Assembly (NCBI GenBank): GCA_951406725.2
Contig: OX597820.1
Coordinates: 118,606,001 to 118,670,000 of the forward strand
Direction: 5' to 3'
Source of the DNA: Octopus vulgaris
Taxonomy: Eukaryota
Length of the DNA stretch: 64,000 nucleotides
Position numbers and translations under genes: made by a program. Shown here piece after piece: positions 27,682 through 39,439 of the stretch (position 1 is the stretch's first letter; each line of letters opens with the position of its first letter). Under the pieces are notes generated by a model. That model was not told the origin of the DNA and did not search any database. It saw nothing but the letters and a program-made list of their open reading frames with translations.

Positions 27682-29550
27682 ATGTCTAGAAATTTTATTG
27701 TTGAACGCTGGTCGCGTTCTTTTTTGGAACAAAATTTTCCTAGTCTGGAAACGACAGAGAAAAAAAAGAACGTTCGCACGGAAAATGCCAACGTGAAATT
27801 CGGTGAGATGAACGCTGCAACCACGTGCGTTAACAGCCCTGTCACCAACGCCACCACCACCACTAACAACAGCAACCACGAGACAACAACTGCTACCACC
27901 ACCACCTCCACCACCACCACTACCACGACCAACATAAATGATAAAAATAAAACTGAAACGAAAACTATTGACAAAAACAACAGCAACAACAAGAACAACA
28001 ATAAAAATGAACTATCTAATAGTGAAGATGCCAATACAAAAAAGTCAACAACAGTAAATTTCGCAGATATTCTTCGCCAGAAAAAGGAGATTTTTACATT
28101 CACAAATGAAGAGCTCATAGAAACAAGAGCTCTCTTTACAACCCGTGGACAAGATTTAGTCCTGCATACACCTCAACATATAAAACAAGAAATTGAAAAT
28201 AAGACAATTGTATATAAAATTATTAGAAAAAACAAAAAACCAAATGAACAGATTACAAAAACTGATGTGGAGAAATGTTTAAAAAATATAATGAAAGAAA
28301 AAGAGTATATAAACTGGGGTCCACAGTTTAACACAGTAGTGGTCCGCTTCCCTAACCAGGAAGTGGCAAAAGCTCACTCTACTGAGTCTCTGGGAAATGA
28401 TGAAATCATCATGGTCCCTTATTATAAAAACCAGAGGGTGAGTAGAATTACTATCAGAAATGTACCCCCCGATATGCCGAACAAATGGATAACAGGGGCA
28501 ATCTGTTACCACTTGAAAAAGATCAATATTCTAGAAACAGCCGTGTACCTAAACGACAATTGGGGTGGAAAAACAGTAGTTGTGACCATCCAGATTGAGG
28601 GGGCCTCTATCGAGAGCCTACCCGACAAGATATACTTGGAGAATGGGCAATGCCTATATGTTATGGCAGAAGGCAAAAAGCCTAGATGCTACAAATGTGG
28701 CAGCCCCGAACATTTGATTGCCAAGTGCGATCTGGTACAGAAAAAACAAGAAAGAACAATTCAGAAAACAAATAAAATCCCTTTGCTGCCAACACCAACA
28801 CCAACACACTCAATTATGGAACAACGCCAAGAAAAACAACAAACCCCAACAACATCACCAAGAAAAACAGTACCAACTCAATCACCGTTGACGTCACAAC
28901 CAATTAAACTTGTTGAATCTTCAAAAAATCGACCCACACCCACACCCAGGACGACAATTAAAAAGACAGAAAACACTGACGAGAAGACAAATGCTACCCC
29001 TAACACCACAACAACACAAACACCGCACAAAACATCAACAATTTATACAAGCATACATAGTGATCCTGTTCTTTTTCCTCTACCCCATACTGATACCTCG
29101 GACGACGAAAGTTCGACGGAATGGCAAATAGCCACAGGGGGTAAAAGAAAAAGATCCAAAAAATCCACCAAACAAGGAATTAAAGCAGGGAGATATCTCA
29201 CTCAGGACAACATTCCCCTAGACAATCAAAAAAGTAATGAACCCGTAAAACCACACACACAACTAACTGCAATAGACACAGACAATAAAGAATTAATGGA
29301 CTACATCAAATCTAACATGGTCGTCTGTGAAGATGATTTTAAGACAAACAATCATCCGCACACCACACCACCGAAACACATCAGAATTTTACACATAACA
29401 CAAGCACAACACCACATACTGAAAACATTATTTCCGAATGCGGTAGGCGGGTATCAACGATACCTGTCGAAAAAACTATACAAACACCTCATCAAAAACG
29501 ATACAAAAGAAGAAGAAGAAAAAAATGAAACTTTTAAAATGAGTAAGTGA
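27682..29550 (+). CDS. LINE ORF1p, 622 aa: RRM-like region, one CCHC zinc knuckle, low-complexity termini
   Basis: CYKCGSPEHLIAKC = CX2CX4HX4C; RITIRNVPPDM RRM-like strand; lies 57 bp upstream of ORF2. Confidence 0.9.
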   Translation: MSRNFIVERWSRSFLEQNFPSLETTEKKKNVRTENANVKFGEMNAATTCVNSPVTNATTTTNNSNHETTTATTTTSTTTTTTTNINDKNKTETKTIDKNNSNNKNNNKNELSNSEDANTKKSTTVNFADILRQKKEIFTFTNEELIETRALFTTRGQDLVLHTPQHIKQEIENKTIVYKIIRKNKKPNEQITKTDVEKCLKNIMKEKEYINWGPQFNTVVVRFPNQEVAKAHSTESLGNDEIIMVPYYKNQRVSRITIRNVPPDMPNKWITGAICYHLKKINILETAVYLNDNWGGKTVVVTIQIEGASIESLPDKIYLENGQCLYVMAEGKKPRCYKCGSPEHLIAKCDLVQKKQERTIQKTNKIPLLPTPTPTHSIMEQRQEKQQTPTTSPRKTVPTQSPLTSQPIKLVESSKNRPTPTPRTTIKKTENTDEKTNATPNTTTTQTPHKTSTIYTSIHSDPVLFPLPHTDTSDDESSTEWQIATGGKRKRSKKSTKQGIKAGRYLTQDNIPLDNQKSNEPVKPHTQLTAIDTDNKELMDYIKSNMVVCEDDFKTNNHPHTTPPKHIRILHITQAQHHILKTLFPNAVGGYQRYLSKKLYKHLIKNDTKEEEEKNETFKMSK

Positions 29551-29607
29551 CCTCACTTCTTGCCTCTTGTCTCTTCTAATATAGTGTGTAAAACACAATT
29601 TTCGTAA

Positions 29608-32600
29608 ATGTCAAGTATGCTTAAATTAGGTTGTGTGAATGCGCGTGGCTTGGCGTCGGCTTGGAAGCAAGGTTACCTTCTAAACGACATCAAGTCACTG
29701 GACGTGGATATAGTAGCTATCAGCGAAACCAGACTCAGTAAGCCGCGGGCCCTCGAGTCCATGTTTGGCAATCAATTTGACATTTATTTTTCTCCCTGTC
29801 TGCCGAACATGGGTGGTGGAGGTACTGCGGTGCTTTTTCGAAAGAGTCTAAAGGTAAAAGTAAGAGCAATATTCCTAGACCCGGAGGGTAGGCTGGTTGT
29901 CTTGGACGTGGATGGCAGAAATGGGTGTGCATTCCGTCTGATGGCAGTTTATGCACCGTCCTTAACGGGTCGGGCGGATTTCTTCAGACGTCTAGAGGTT
30001 TTCCTGGGTACGTCTAGACCTTTACTGTTAGTAGGGGATTGGAACGCTACCTTGGACACGCATCTAGATTATGTGGGAAGGGATAGGAATAGAAGGGGGT
30101 GTAAGAGCCTCAAAGACCTGCTCAGACGTTTCCATTTGTCTGACAGGTTCCGACTCGACCATCCGAACGTGCCAACGTGGACTTGGACAAACCGCGTCGG
30201 ATCGTCGAGATCTTATCTAGATAGAATTCTATGCAGGACAGCGGATAGGGATAGTGTAGGATGTCCACAATTTAAAATAGTCAGCTACACAGATCACAAA
30301 TTTGTTACGTGTACGCTCGACTTAGATAAAACACATAGGCAGGGTCCCGGTTACTGGAAACTGAACACGTCGCTGTTAGCGCGACAGGTTTACAGGAACC
30401 GGATTAGCGATTTAATTAAGAGGGCGCTGACGGGAGCGGTCGTTAACAACCGCTGGTGGTACGCCCTGAAAATGGCAATAAAATCGGAATCAATTAGGTT
30501 TAGCAAGGAATTAGCGATAGAACGAAATAGAGTAGAGGGAGACTTAGTTAAGAAACTAGAAGAGGCACTTACCACTGGCAGCGCAACCAACGTGCTAGCT
30601 GCGAGGATGGCCCTCGACCAACACCTCAACGCCAAGCACGAAGGTTGCGTCGTCAGAGCTAAAATGCGTGCCTTAAGGAACGAAGGGATTGAAGCTGCGC
30701 GAGAGGCCCGGGTAGCGGAGGCGCAGCGTGGCAACAGATCAACCATTCGGTCTCTAATAGATCAACAGGGATGCAGTTTACTCGAACCCGAAAGGATGTG
30801 TGAGGCCTTTCAACAGCACTTTGCTCGACTGTTTGGTGCGAGTGGTGGGTCGGAACGAGGGATGGATTTCAGTGCCTACCTGACCGACCTGCCGCGGCTC
30901 TCGGCAAGAGAGGCGGAGTGTTGTGAAAGTCCCATCACAGCCGCTGACGTGTGGGATGCGATGGCGGGCTGCGCGAGGGATAAGTCGCCTGGATTGGATG
31001 GTTTACCCTACGAGCTGTATTGTCGAATGCCAGACTTGTTTGGCGACCTCTTGGCATCAGTCTACTGCAACTGGCAACAAAACGGGAGAATCCCCGGTTT
31101 CGTGAGCCGAGGTGCAGTGACGTTGCTGAAGAAAGACTCAAACAAGGGGAATTTTATAGATAATTTCAGGCCCATCACTCTGCTCAACGCAGATTTGAAA
31201 ATTTTGGCCAAAGTAATAACCGAGAGGTTGGCGCTTGTCATTGGTAAACTGGTCGACAGGGCGCAAACATGCGCCGTGCCGGGCAGAACCATACATGACA
31301 ACCTCCATCTGATGCGCTACATTGTGGACAGGGTAGTTAAGGATCCTGGCATGGGTGGGGCGCTGATAAATTTGGATCAGTCTAAAGCCTTCGATAGGGT
31401 CGACCATCGGTACTTGGCGGCCGTCCTCAGGGCGGCTGGCTTCGGTCCCGTCTTCCGCGGTTGGATCGCTGCCTTGTATAGCGGCATCCGATCGGTGATT
31501 CGGGTAAACGGTCACCTGTCTAAACCGTTTGACATCACGCGTTCGGTCCGTCAGGGGTGTCCCCTGTCGGCGCTTCTGTATGTATTGACTCTCGAGCCGC
31601 TACTGCGGAAGCTGGCGACACTGAGGGGCATCCCACGGGAACTGGGTTGCGGGACGAGCGTGTCGGCATATGCGGACGATGTCACCGTCATAGTGTCGAG
31701 CTACCAGCACATCGAGCTGGTCGGCGAGACACTAAGAAAATATGAAACGGTGACGGGAGCAAAGATTAACCCGGAAAAGTCAGTGGGTTTGCTACTCGGC
31801 ACCTGGAGAAGCAAGCCCATGCCGTCCGACTGCGGCTCAGTAGTGGGACGCTGGACGGACGGACCGGTTAAATTGCTCGGGGTCTGGTTCAGTCCGGACC
31901 TCCAAATGGATAAGAACTGGGACGAGATCACGAGTAGAGTGGTCGCTCTCAGCCAAACATGGGCCGAGAGAAAGCTGTCTCTAAAAGGCCGGGCGGAGGT
32001 GGCGAACGCGTACATCGCATCCGTCATCGATTACCGCCTGACCGTCGTACCTTGTCCCGACGCCACCATCACCAAACTGGAACGCATACTCTTCCGCTTC
32101 CTGTGGAAGGGTGGCGTTCCGATGGTGAGGAAGTCCATTTGCTGTCAACATCCGTTGAATGGAGGACTGGGCATGCCGTGGTTGATGATGCGCAGGCATG
32201 CGCTGAGACTGCGACATCTCTGGAAATTCATCGACGACGGTGAACAGGTGTGGGCGCCGTTTGTGAGGCGCGACTTCCCGCAGCTCGTCTCACTGACCGA
32301 ACTGCAAACGTGGATCAAAAAGAGACCGAAACTGGGCGATTGGCACCGAGAGTGTCGCCAAGCTCTACAGCAGCTCTGCCGACCGGGGTCAAACTTGTGC
32401 AACTTCCAAACGACTAAAGCGTTCTATAGAGGACTAGTGGAGGGGAGGTCCGACGACACACTCGGGGCAAACTTGGGCGTCGACGAGGAATTCCTAACCC
32501 GCCTGTTCAGGACGACGTTCGGGCCGGGGCCTATGGATAACTTCCAGAAATCCCTGGCTTGGCAGTGCTATCGAGACGCACTACCTGTTCGAGAGAAGAG

Positions 32601-33057
32601 CTACAGACACGGTTCGAAAACCATCACCGGACCGACCTGCCCGAGATGCGGTCAGAGCGACGAAACCGTTCTGCACGCACTCGTGCAGTGTCCAGATATT
32701 TCAGAGCTGTGGTCCTTCGTCGAACAGCTGTTGTCACGTGTAGGTCAGGCTCGCCTATCGGCCGAGTCTATTGTGGATATTGTTCCACCACCTTCCTTTA
32801 AACGGGAAGGGAAAACGGCTTTCGTTACGCTGATGGCTATGGCGAAAGAATGTGTGTGGTGGACGCGTTTGAAAGGACTGCAAACAAACACCTTCCTCTC
32901 TGGTCAGTCTCTCGTCAACTTTTTCAAGTACCACTTGAAAAGGAGGATGAGAATAGAGAGGAAGGCTTTGTCGAACGAATGTTTTAATAAAAAGTGGGTA
33001 AAAGTGGCAAAAATGGTCAGTATGAAAGACGACACTATTTTAAGCATAAATCTGTAA
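29608..33057 (+). CDS. LINE ORF2p, 1149 aa: APE endonuclease, reverse transcriptase, C-terminal zinc finger
   Basis: NARGL, ISETR, YAP, GDWN, YLDR, TDH (APE); KSPGLDG, RPITLLN, LDQSKAFDRV, RQGCPLS, YADD (RT); CPRC..ETVLH....C. Confidence 0.97.
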   Translation: MSSMLKLGCVNARGLASAWKQGYLLNDIKSLDVDIVAISETRLSKPRALESMFGNQFDIYFSPCLPNMGGGGTAVLFRKSLKVKVRAIFLDPEGRLVVLDVDGRNGCAFRLMAVYAPSLTGRADFFRRLEVFLGTSRPLLLVGDWNATLDTHLDYVGRDRNRRGCKSLKDLLRRFHLSDRFRLDHPNVPTWTWTNRVGSSRSYLDRILCRTADRDSVGCPQFKIVSYTDHKFVTCTLDLDKTHRQGPGYWKLNTSLLARQVYRNRISDLIKRALTGAVVNNRWWYALKMAIKSESIRFSKELAIERNRVEGDLVKKLEEALTTGSATNVLAARMALDQHLNAKHEGCVVRAKMRALRNEGIEAAREARVAEAQRGNRSTIRSLIDQQGCSLLEPERMCEAFQQHFARLFGASGGSERGMDFSAYLTDLPRLSAREAECCESPITAADVWDAMAGCARDKSPGLDGLPYELYCRMPDLFGDLLASVYCNWQQNGRIPGFVSRGAVTLLKKDSNKGNFIDNFRPITLLNADLKILAKVITERLALVIGKLVDRAQTCAVPGRTIHDNLHLMRYIVDRVVKDPGMGGALINLDQSKAFDRVDHRYLAAVLRAAGFGPVFRGWIAALYSGIRSVIRVNGHLSKPFDITRSVRQGCPLSALLYVLTLEPLLRKLATLRGIPRELGCGTSVSAYADDVTVIVSSYQHIELVGETLRKYETVTGAKINPEKSVGLLLGTWRSKPMPSDCGSVVGRWTDGPVKLLGVWFSPDLQMDKNWDEITSRVVALSQTWAERKLSLKGRAEVANAYIASVIDYRLTVVPCPDATITKLERILFRFLWKGGVPMVRKSICCQHPLNGGLGMPWLMMRRHALRLRHLWKFIDDGEQVWAPFVRRDFPQLVSLTELQTWIKKRPKLGDWHRECRQALQQLCRPGSNLCNFQTTKAFYRGLVEGRSDDTLGANLGVDEEFLTRLFRTTFGPGPMDNFQKSLAWQCYRDALPVREKSYRHGSKTITGPTCPRCGQSDETVLHALVQCPDISELWSFVEQLLSRVGQARLSAESIVDIVPPPSFKREGKTAFVTLMAMAKECVWWTRLKGLQTNTFLSGQSLVNFFKYHLKRRMRIERKALSNECFNKKWVKVAKMVSMKDDTILSINL

Positions 33058-33236
33058 CCAAAAGAGACAACGAGAAGTAAGGCGACTTACTCATGTGTTC
33101 TTTTTCGAATTGCCTGAGGTGACCTTGGTCTTTTTTGTAGGTTTTTCTTTCCAAGGCTACACCTAAACTGTGAACCTTATATATATATATATACTGCTTT
33201 TTTATACACCACACAACCCACAGATCCCTATTGATC

Positions 33237-33268
<32 letters not shown>

Positions 33269-33367
33269 CTTCTTGCCCCACCCATCCTACCTCGAAAAGA
33301 AAAAATTCTACATTGTATTTCGTCCATTTTTATTCTGTGTTTAGCCCTGTGTGGCTACAATAAAAAG

Positions 33368-33416
<49 letters not shown>

Positions 33417-33434
33417 CATGTATCTTTCTTTCTG

Positions 33435-33488
<54 letters not shown>

Positions 33489-33501
33489 CATGTATCTTTT
33501 T

Positions 33502-33559
<58 letters not shown>

Positions 33560-33576
33560 CATGTATCTTTCTTTCT

Positions 33577-33647
<71 letters not shown>

Positions 33648-33942
33648 ATCCTTCTATATATCTTTCTATCTGTCTGTCTGTCTCTCTCTCTTTATCTATC
33701 TATTTATCTATCTATCTTTTTTTCTGTCTGTCGAATTATTCTTTATCTGTCGGTGTATGTATGTCATTATTCTGTTTTATTTCAAGATTTCTTGCCAACA
33801 GAGAACGAACCGGTTTCTAACCTAGATCCAAGGCTCCTTCAATGGGATATCAACATTGGCAACAGGGTATTTTTTCATGTATGTATATACGTATGTATAT
33901 GTGCAGATTTGTACGTCTTGTTTAATGTATATATTTAAATTA

Positions 33943-34240
33943 TTAACTACTGAAAGCTTTACAGATTTTAACAGTTCCACTGATGACTTGGATCTGTAGT
34001 CTTCGAATCAGGTTACTCCTTTCTGGTTTTCTGGAGCCTAATTTCTTAGGATTTCCATTTAGACAGTGTGGTACATATCTCAGTGCCCCAATAATTACAG
34101 GTATAAACCTGAACTTGTAATCTGGATAGAGTAACTGTAGTTTTCTCAACAGTAGAGTTAAGTGCTTTGTTTTTCACTAATCTATAGCTTCCTGTTAACC
34201 AACACTGAACAGCTGGTTTCCACAACTGTACACAGTTTCT
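33943..34240 (-). pseudogene. C-terminal restriction-like endonuclease fragment of an R4/Dong-type LINE
   Basis: LQLLYPDYKFRFIPVIIGAL..RLQIQVISGTVKICK. Confidence 0.7.
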
Positions 34241-34248
34241 CGTATGTA

Positions 34249-34339
<91 letters not shown>

Positions 34340-34473
34340 GAAGTGTGTTATGTTAAGAACGTATAAGAGTACAAATAGAGCTCGTTCACACTTAGAATTC
34401 CAAAATAGCCGGTAGTATTGTTATAGTATGCTACCAATTCTAGTCTTAGGTATTCCTTTTTACTTTATATCTA

Positions 34474-34553
<80 letters not shown>

Positions 34554-34584
34554 CATCCATCCATCCATCCATCCACCCATCTAT

Positions 34585-35425
34585 CCGGAAACAAACCAGT
34601 GTAGTTTCCACTTCTGCGCTGTTAGAAGCCACTTGATGCGATTCTCAGGCACCAGTCTGTCGGTCGACCACGTCCAGTGAGGTCGTACTATCACGTGGTG
34701 CGTTTTTGTTTAACCTTGCTTCGCCTCTGTTCCTCGCTTTTTGCGATGGCTACAACGAAAGAACCGCTGCTTCCGTGAAATTCTGTTTTCTGCTGGGGAA
34801 AACAGTGGCCGAAACAGTTGTCATGCTTCAAACAGCTTACAAAAACGCTGCCATGAGCAAAACACAAGTTTACGAGTGGCTTTTACGCTTTAGGAATGGT
34901 CACTTGTCGCTTGAAGACGGACCTCATTCAAGGCGAATGTTAACCTCTCGAACGAATGAAAACATCATGAAACTTTATGAACTGATCTTGGAGGACCATC
35001 ACTGAACAATTGGCGAACTTGTTAATATGACTGGTGTATCTTGGAACTCCGAGGAATTGCGAATGAAAAGAGTTGCAGCAAAATTTGTGCCTTCCTTGCT
35101 TGTTCAGAGAAGATCAAAAGTAGTCACGACTGAATGGTAGTCGTGAACTGACAGAACATTTGGAATTTGATCCTTACCTTTAGTTTCGAAGGCCATCACG
35201 GATGAAAAAAGCTGGTGCTACGAAATTTTGCAGATGTGAAAGAAGTAAAGGAAAAAACGAAGGATGGGGTTAAAAGCATCCCTTCACAAGAATTTCAGAA
35301 CGGTTTCAAACAGTGGAAAACCTGTCTGGATTGATGCATTGCTTCAAATGGAGAATATTTTGAAGGCGATAAAAGTGTAAGGATGTAAAAGTGATTAAAG
35401 TAATATTGCAAAATTCCGGTTTCTT
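34585..35425 (+). mobile_element. Mariner transposon fossil with internal deletion
   Basis: VKFCFLLGKTVAET..MSKTQVYEW..RFRNG..LED HTH; later AAKFVP-like segment and C-terminal CIASNGEYFEGD. Confidence 0.8.
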
Positions 35426-35444
35426 TCTATACATACATATATGT

Positions 35445-35750
35445 GGAGGCGGCGTAGCCCAGTGGTTAGGGCAGCGGACTTGCAGTCGTAGGGTCGCGGC
35501 TTCGATTCCCAGGCCGGGCGTTGAGAGTGTTTATTAAGCAAAAACACCTAAAGCTCAATGAGGCTCCGGCAGGGGCTGGTGGCTAACCCTACTGTACTCT
35601 TTCACCGCAACTTTCTCTCACCCTTTCTTCCTGTTTCTTTTGTACCTGTATTTGAAAGGGCCGGCCTTGTCACACTCTGTGTAACGCTGAATCTTCTCCA
35701 CGCGTGTCTGTGGAGTGCTCAGTCACTCGTCGTCGTAACCGATGGAGTGC
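35445..35750 (+). mobile_element. SINE family B
   Basis: Colinear with 8224-8612. Confidence 0.85.
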
Positions 35751-35801
35751 AACGACATAAATATATATATATATTATGTATGAATGTATGTATGTATGTC
35801 A

Positions 35802-35879
35802 GGTCACTTTCGAGTGCTACTGGTAACATGTAACCCAGTACAACATGTTGCATGGTCGGGTCGTCGGCGACTAAACTGG
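35802..35879 (+). ncRNA. HDV-like (nested double pseudoknot) ribozyme, L3/P3 degenerate
   Basis: P1 ggtcac/atggtc, P2 ccagt/actgg, GG for P1.1, P4 tcgtcggcga hairpin, J4/2 CTAA with catalytic C. Confidence 0.55.
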
Positions 35880-36348
35880 CAACCCCACCAAGCTTTCTTG
35901 GTGAGGAGGGTGTTTATTGGACACCCTGCGGGATGAAAAACAAAACCCGTCAAAGGGCGGAGGAACTATTGAGAGTCAACGGCCATCCAATAAATGTCTT
36001 AAGGCTGTATCATGCGCGGAGACATAGAAATAATCGGACAGAATACCCGATCGTGCGGTTAAACCATTGGGAGTGAAGGATTCCTAGACTTTGTTAGGGC
36101 ATCCTCCTAGGAGAAGGTAACTCAGGTAACTGGGATAACTCCGACATAAAACTGCGGCTCAGTGGTGACCGATGATGTTGACTTGTTCTTCTTTTCAGAT
36201 TATGGCTGCTGTTGCTTAGAGAGTGGTATTGACTCAGTGCATAGCCTTTGTTCACTTAAAAAAAAATCTTCTTGCACAGGCATTGCACGATAACAACATT
36301 GATTAAGCTTCGTGCAAAGGCCATACTCGATAACGAGGGGGCAGCCAC
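35802..36348 (+). mobile_element. Non-coding, possibly RTE-derived element with HDV-like ribozyme head, in (TATG)n
   Basis: No long ORF; gggcatcctcctaggagaaggtaactc resembles RTE 5'-UTR motifs (from memory); TATG-like repeats on both sides. Confidence 0.6.
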
Positions 36349-36794
36349 CATGTATGCATGAATGCATGTATAAACGTGTTACCTGTTCAAGTATGCCCAT
36401 AACAAAGCCACTCAGTGTATTTTGTGAAGCATATTTAGACTAATAGCAGGTGTGTAATTGTACCGATCGCTGCTTAGTGTTCCTTATCCATACTTTATTG
36501 CAGGTAAATCGCGATTAGCGCAACCAGCGACGGTAGTTTGACTAAGACTTAATAAAAAAGAATTGGTCTCTTCTGAGCTCGGAGCAGCTCTCTTTCTGGT
36601 ATTTGATGGTTTACAGGAGGAAAGAACTCCTCAATACATGCTGTTATCAGTCTTGGTAGGGAACACTTAGAATTGATTTGGTGTATTTACACTTATTTGC
36701 CGTCAGCGAGAATGTTTCGTCTGATAAAACATTATGAGTGCCTGTCTTACTGGTTCGAATATGTCTCAAGCGTATTCGAAACGGTAACAAGTTC

Positions 36795-36985
<191 letters not shown>

Positions 36986-36994
36986 TGTTTATGT

Positions 36995-37279
36995 GGAGGC
37001 GCAATGGCCCAGTGGTTAGGGCAGCGGACTCGCGGTCTTAGGATCGCAGTTTCGATTGTTGTGTGTGTTTATAGAGCGAAAACACCTAAAAGCTCCACGA
37101 CGCTCCGGCAGTGGGGGGGTGATTCCTGCTGTACTCTTTGTCGCACTCTTTCTGCTGTTGGCCTGCTCGCTTAGCCAGCGGGGTGGCGTCATTCGAAGGC
37201 TAAAACAATGCGAACGAATCGTGATATGTAGCAACCAGCGATATGTAGCAACATCTGATGGTCTGGTCGGTCACGTGAT

Positions 37280-37288
<9 letters not shown>
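36995..37288 (+). mobile_element. SINE family B head with alternative 3' tail
   Basis: Same head as 8224; tail gcttagccagcggggtgg..ggtcggtcacgtga shared with 52575-52823. Confidence 0.82.
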
Positions 37289-37332
<44 letters not shown>

Positions 37333-37333
<1 letters not shown>

Positions 37334-37455
37334 CTGAAATTTGTGGTAAAGCAAAAGACGAAGACAGGTGTATGAACAAGTGTGCTGGTTTGACGCTCGG
37401 GGAAAAGGGAAAACTCCTTAACGTTTCGAGCCTGCGCTCTTTAACTGTGAGAAAT
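37333..37455 (-). mobile_element. Partial hammerhead-bearing repeat (family of 54692 and 60311), core decayed
   Basis: Reverse complement gagcgcaggctc-GAAACGTT; shared aaaagacgaagacaggtg flank. Confidence 0.6.
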
Positions 37456-37894
37456 AAGCATGAGATTATGGGTCACTATCTCCGATAAATCTACAGGAAT
37501 ATATTGTCTCATATATTCAGGTATAGCGTAACTTGGTTCTTCAATGCTCACATATTTCCTGATTGTTTGTGTCTCTTATGACTTGCTCTCCCTTTGTTTT
37601 CCTGTTTTCATCACGCTTTCTCAAACCTCTCAATCATCGACGGAACATAAAACAACCTCCTTATAATGTTATATAAGTGAAAACGCCCCGTATTTAGTCC
37701 TTTTATATATGACCGTTGCTTAACAATATGTCTCCCGACCTTTCCCCCTATCGTAGTATACACATGAAGCTCGCTCCAAACACGTCTGCTGAAATCGATA
37801 CCTATCAAATGGTTTCGATCATAAAAGACAAAAAAATCATTCTGAAGCAAATGGTAGATAAATTATATATTGTATTGTGTGAATATTTATAAGT

Positions 37895-38270
37895 GCAGGC
37901 ATGGCTGTGTGGTGAGAACCTTGCTTTCTAACCCCATGATTCCGGGTTCAGCCCCACTGCGTGGCGTCTTGGGCAAGTGAATTCTGCTATAGCGTTGTGG
38001 GTAGATCTGGTAGGGGGAAACTAAAAGAAGCTCATTATATATGTATATACATATATATGTATATACAAATGTGTATATACATATATATGTGTGTATGTCT
38101 GTGTCTATTGTTTATGTGTATATATCTATATGTGTGTGTCTTTCGGTTGCGTGTTTGTCCAGCACCACTGCCTAACAACCAGTATTGGTGTGTTTACGTC
38201 CCTGCAAGCTAGCGGTTCGACAAAATAGGCCGATCGAATAAGTACCTGGCTTAGAAATAATAAAAAAAAG
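37895..38270 (+). mobile_element. Diverged SINE family C
   Basis: gcaggcatggctgtgtggt head, internal TA/TG tract. Confidence 0.75.
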
Positions 38271-38377
38271 TAGTCACCGAAACAAATAAGAGATAAAAAA
38301 AGACTTAAATATTTCAATGATGGTGAGTTGAGAGAATTTTGCAATCAGTAAGCGGTGTTTTTATTCGTATAAGGATA

Positions 38378-39218
38378 TCTCATATTTGTATATATGATAT
38401 GATATTTGCATTATGATATGTAATATTTGTATATATGATATATTTGCATCATATGTCATATTTGTATATATATGATATGATATTTGCCTTATGATAAGTC
38501 ATATTTGTATATAAGATATGATATTTGCATTATGATATGTCATATTTGTATATAAGATATGATATTTGCATTATGATATGTCATATTTGTATATATGATG
38601 TAATATTTGCATTATGATAAGTCATATTTGTATATAAGATATGATATTTTCCTAATGATAAGTCATATTTGTATATAAGATATGATATTTGCATTATGAT
38701 GTGTCATATTTGTATATATGATATTTGCATTATGATGTCATATTTGTATATATGATGTAATATTTGCATTATGCTGTGTCATATTCTTATATATGATATA
38801 TTTGCATTATGATGTGTCATATTTGTATATATGATATGATATTTGCATTATGATATGTCATATTTGTATATATGATATGATATTTGCATTATGATAAGTC
38901 ATATTTGCATATATGATATATTTGCATTATGATGTGTCATATTTGTATATATGATATGATATTTGCATTATGATATGTCATATTTGTATATATGATATGA
39001 TATTTGCATTATGATAAGTCATATTCGTATATATGATATATTTGCATTATGATATATCATATTAGTATATATGATATGATATTTGCATTATATGTCATAT
39101 TTGTATATATGATATGATATTTGCATTATGATAAGTCATATTTGCATATATGATATATTTGCATTATGATATGTCATATTAGTATATATGATATGATATT
39201 TGCATTATATGTTATATT
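38378..39218. repeat. AT-rich minisatellite, ~36-41-bp unit, ~20 copies
   Basis: Repeated tcatatttgtatatatgatatgatatttgcattatgatatg. Confidence 0.95.
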
Positions 39219-39439
39219 TTCGTTGATGAAAAGGTTTGTGTGTCAGTTTTTTTGTAAGGAAATGTATAAAATAATCATTAACAAAATTAGATAAGATGCA
39301 CTGCGTTGATTAATTTGAAGAACATTAATGAAACTCTAATAATGCTTACGTGGACTTTAGGTCTTTCGGTAATTTGGGGGTTATTGGGGAAGTGAAGCAT
39401 CAATTGTATGAAGAAATGTGTACGTTTAGACGAAGTCAC

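Larger units (their letters stand above)
27481..33368 (+). mobile_element. Full-length Tx1-type (L1-clade) non-LTR retrotransposon inside a (TATC)n array
   Basis: ~200-bp 5' UTR, intact ORF1 and ORF2, 3' UTR ending AATAAA-AAGT directly into (TATC)n; (TATC)n at 27179-27480 and 33369-~33715. Confidence 0.93.

Noticed and set aside
29735-32801. Antisense and alternate-frame ORFs over ORF2
   Set aside because: Expected shadow ORFs in GC-rich coding DNA
33800-33850. GAAACCGGTT motif on the minus strand (also at 55345-55390)
   Set aside because: Palindromic loop present, but core reads TTGAAGG/ATGAAGG and stem I is absent
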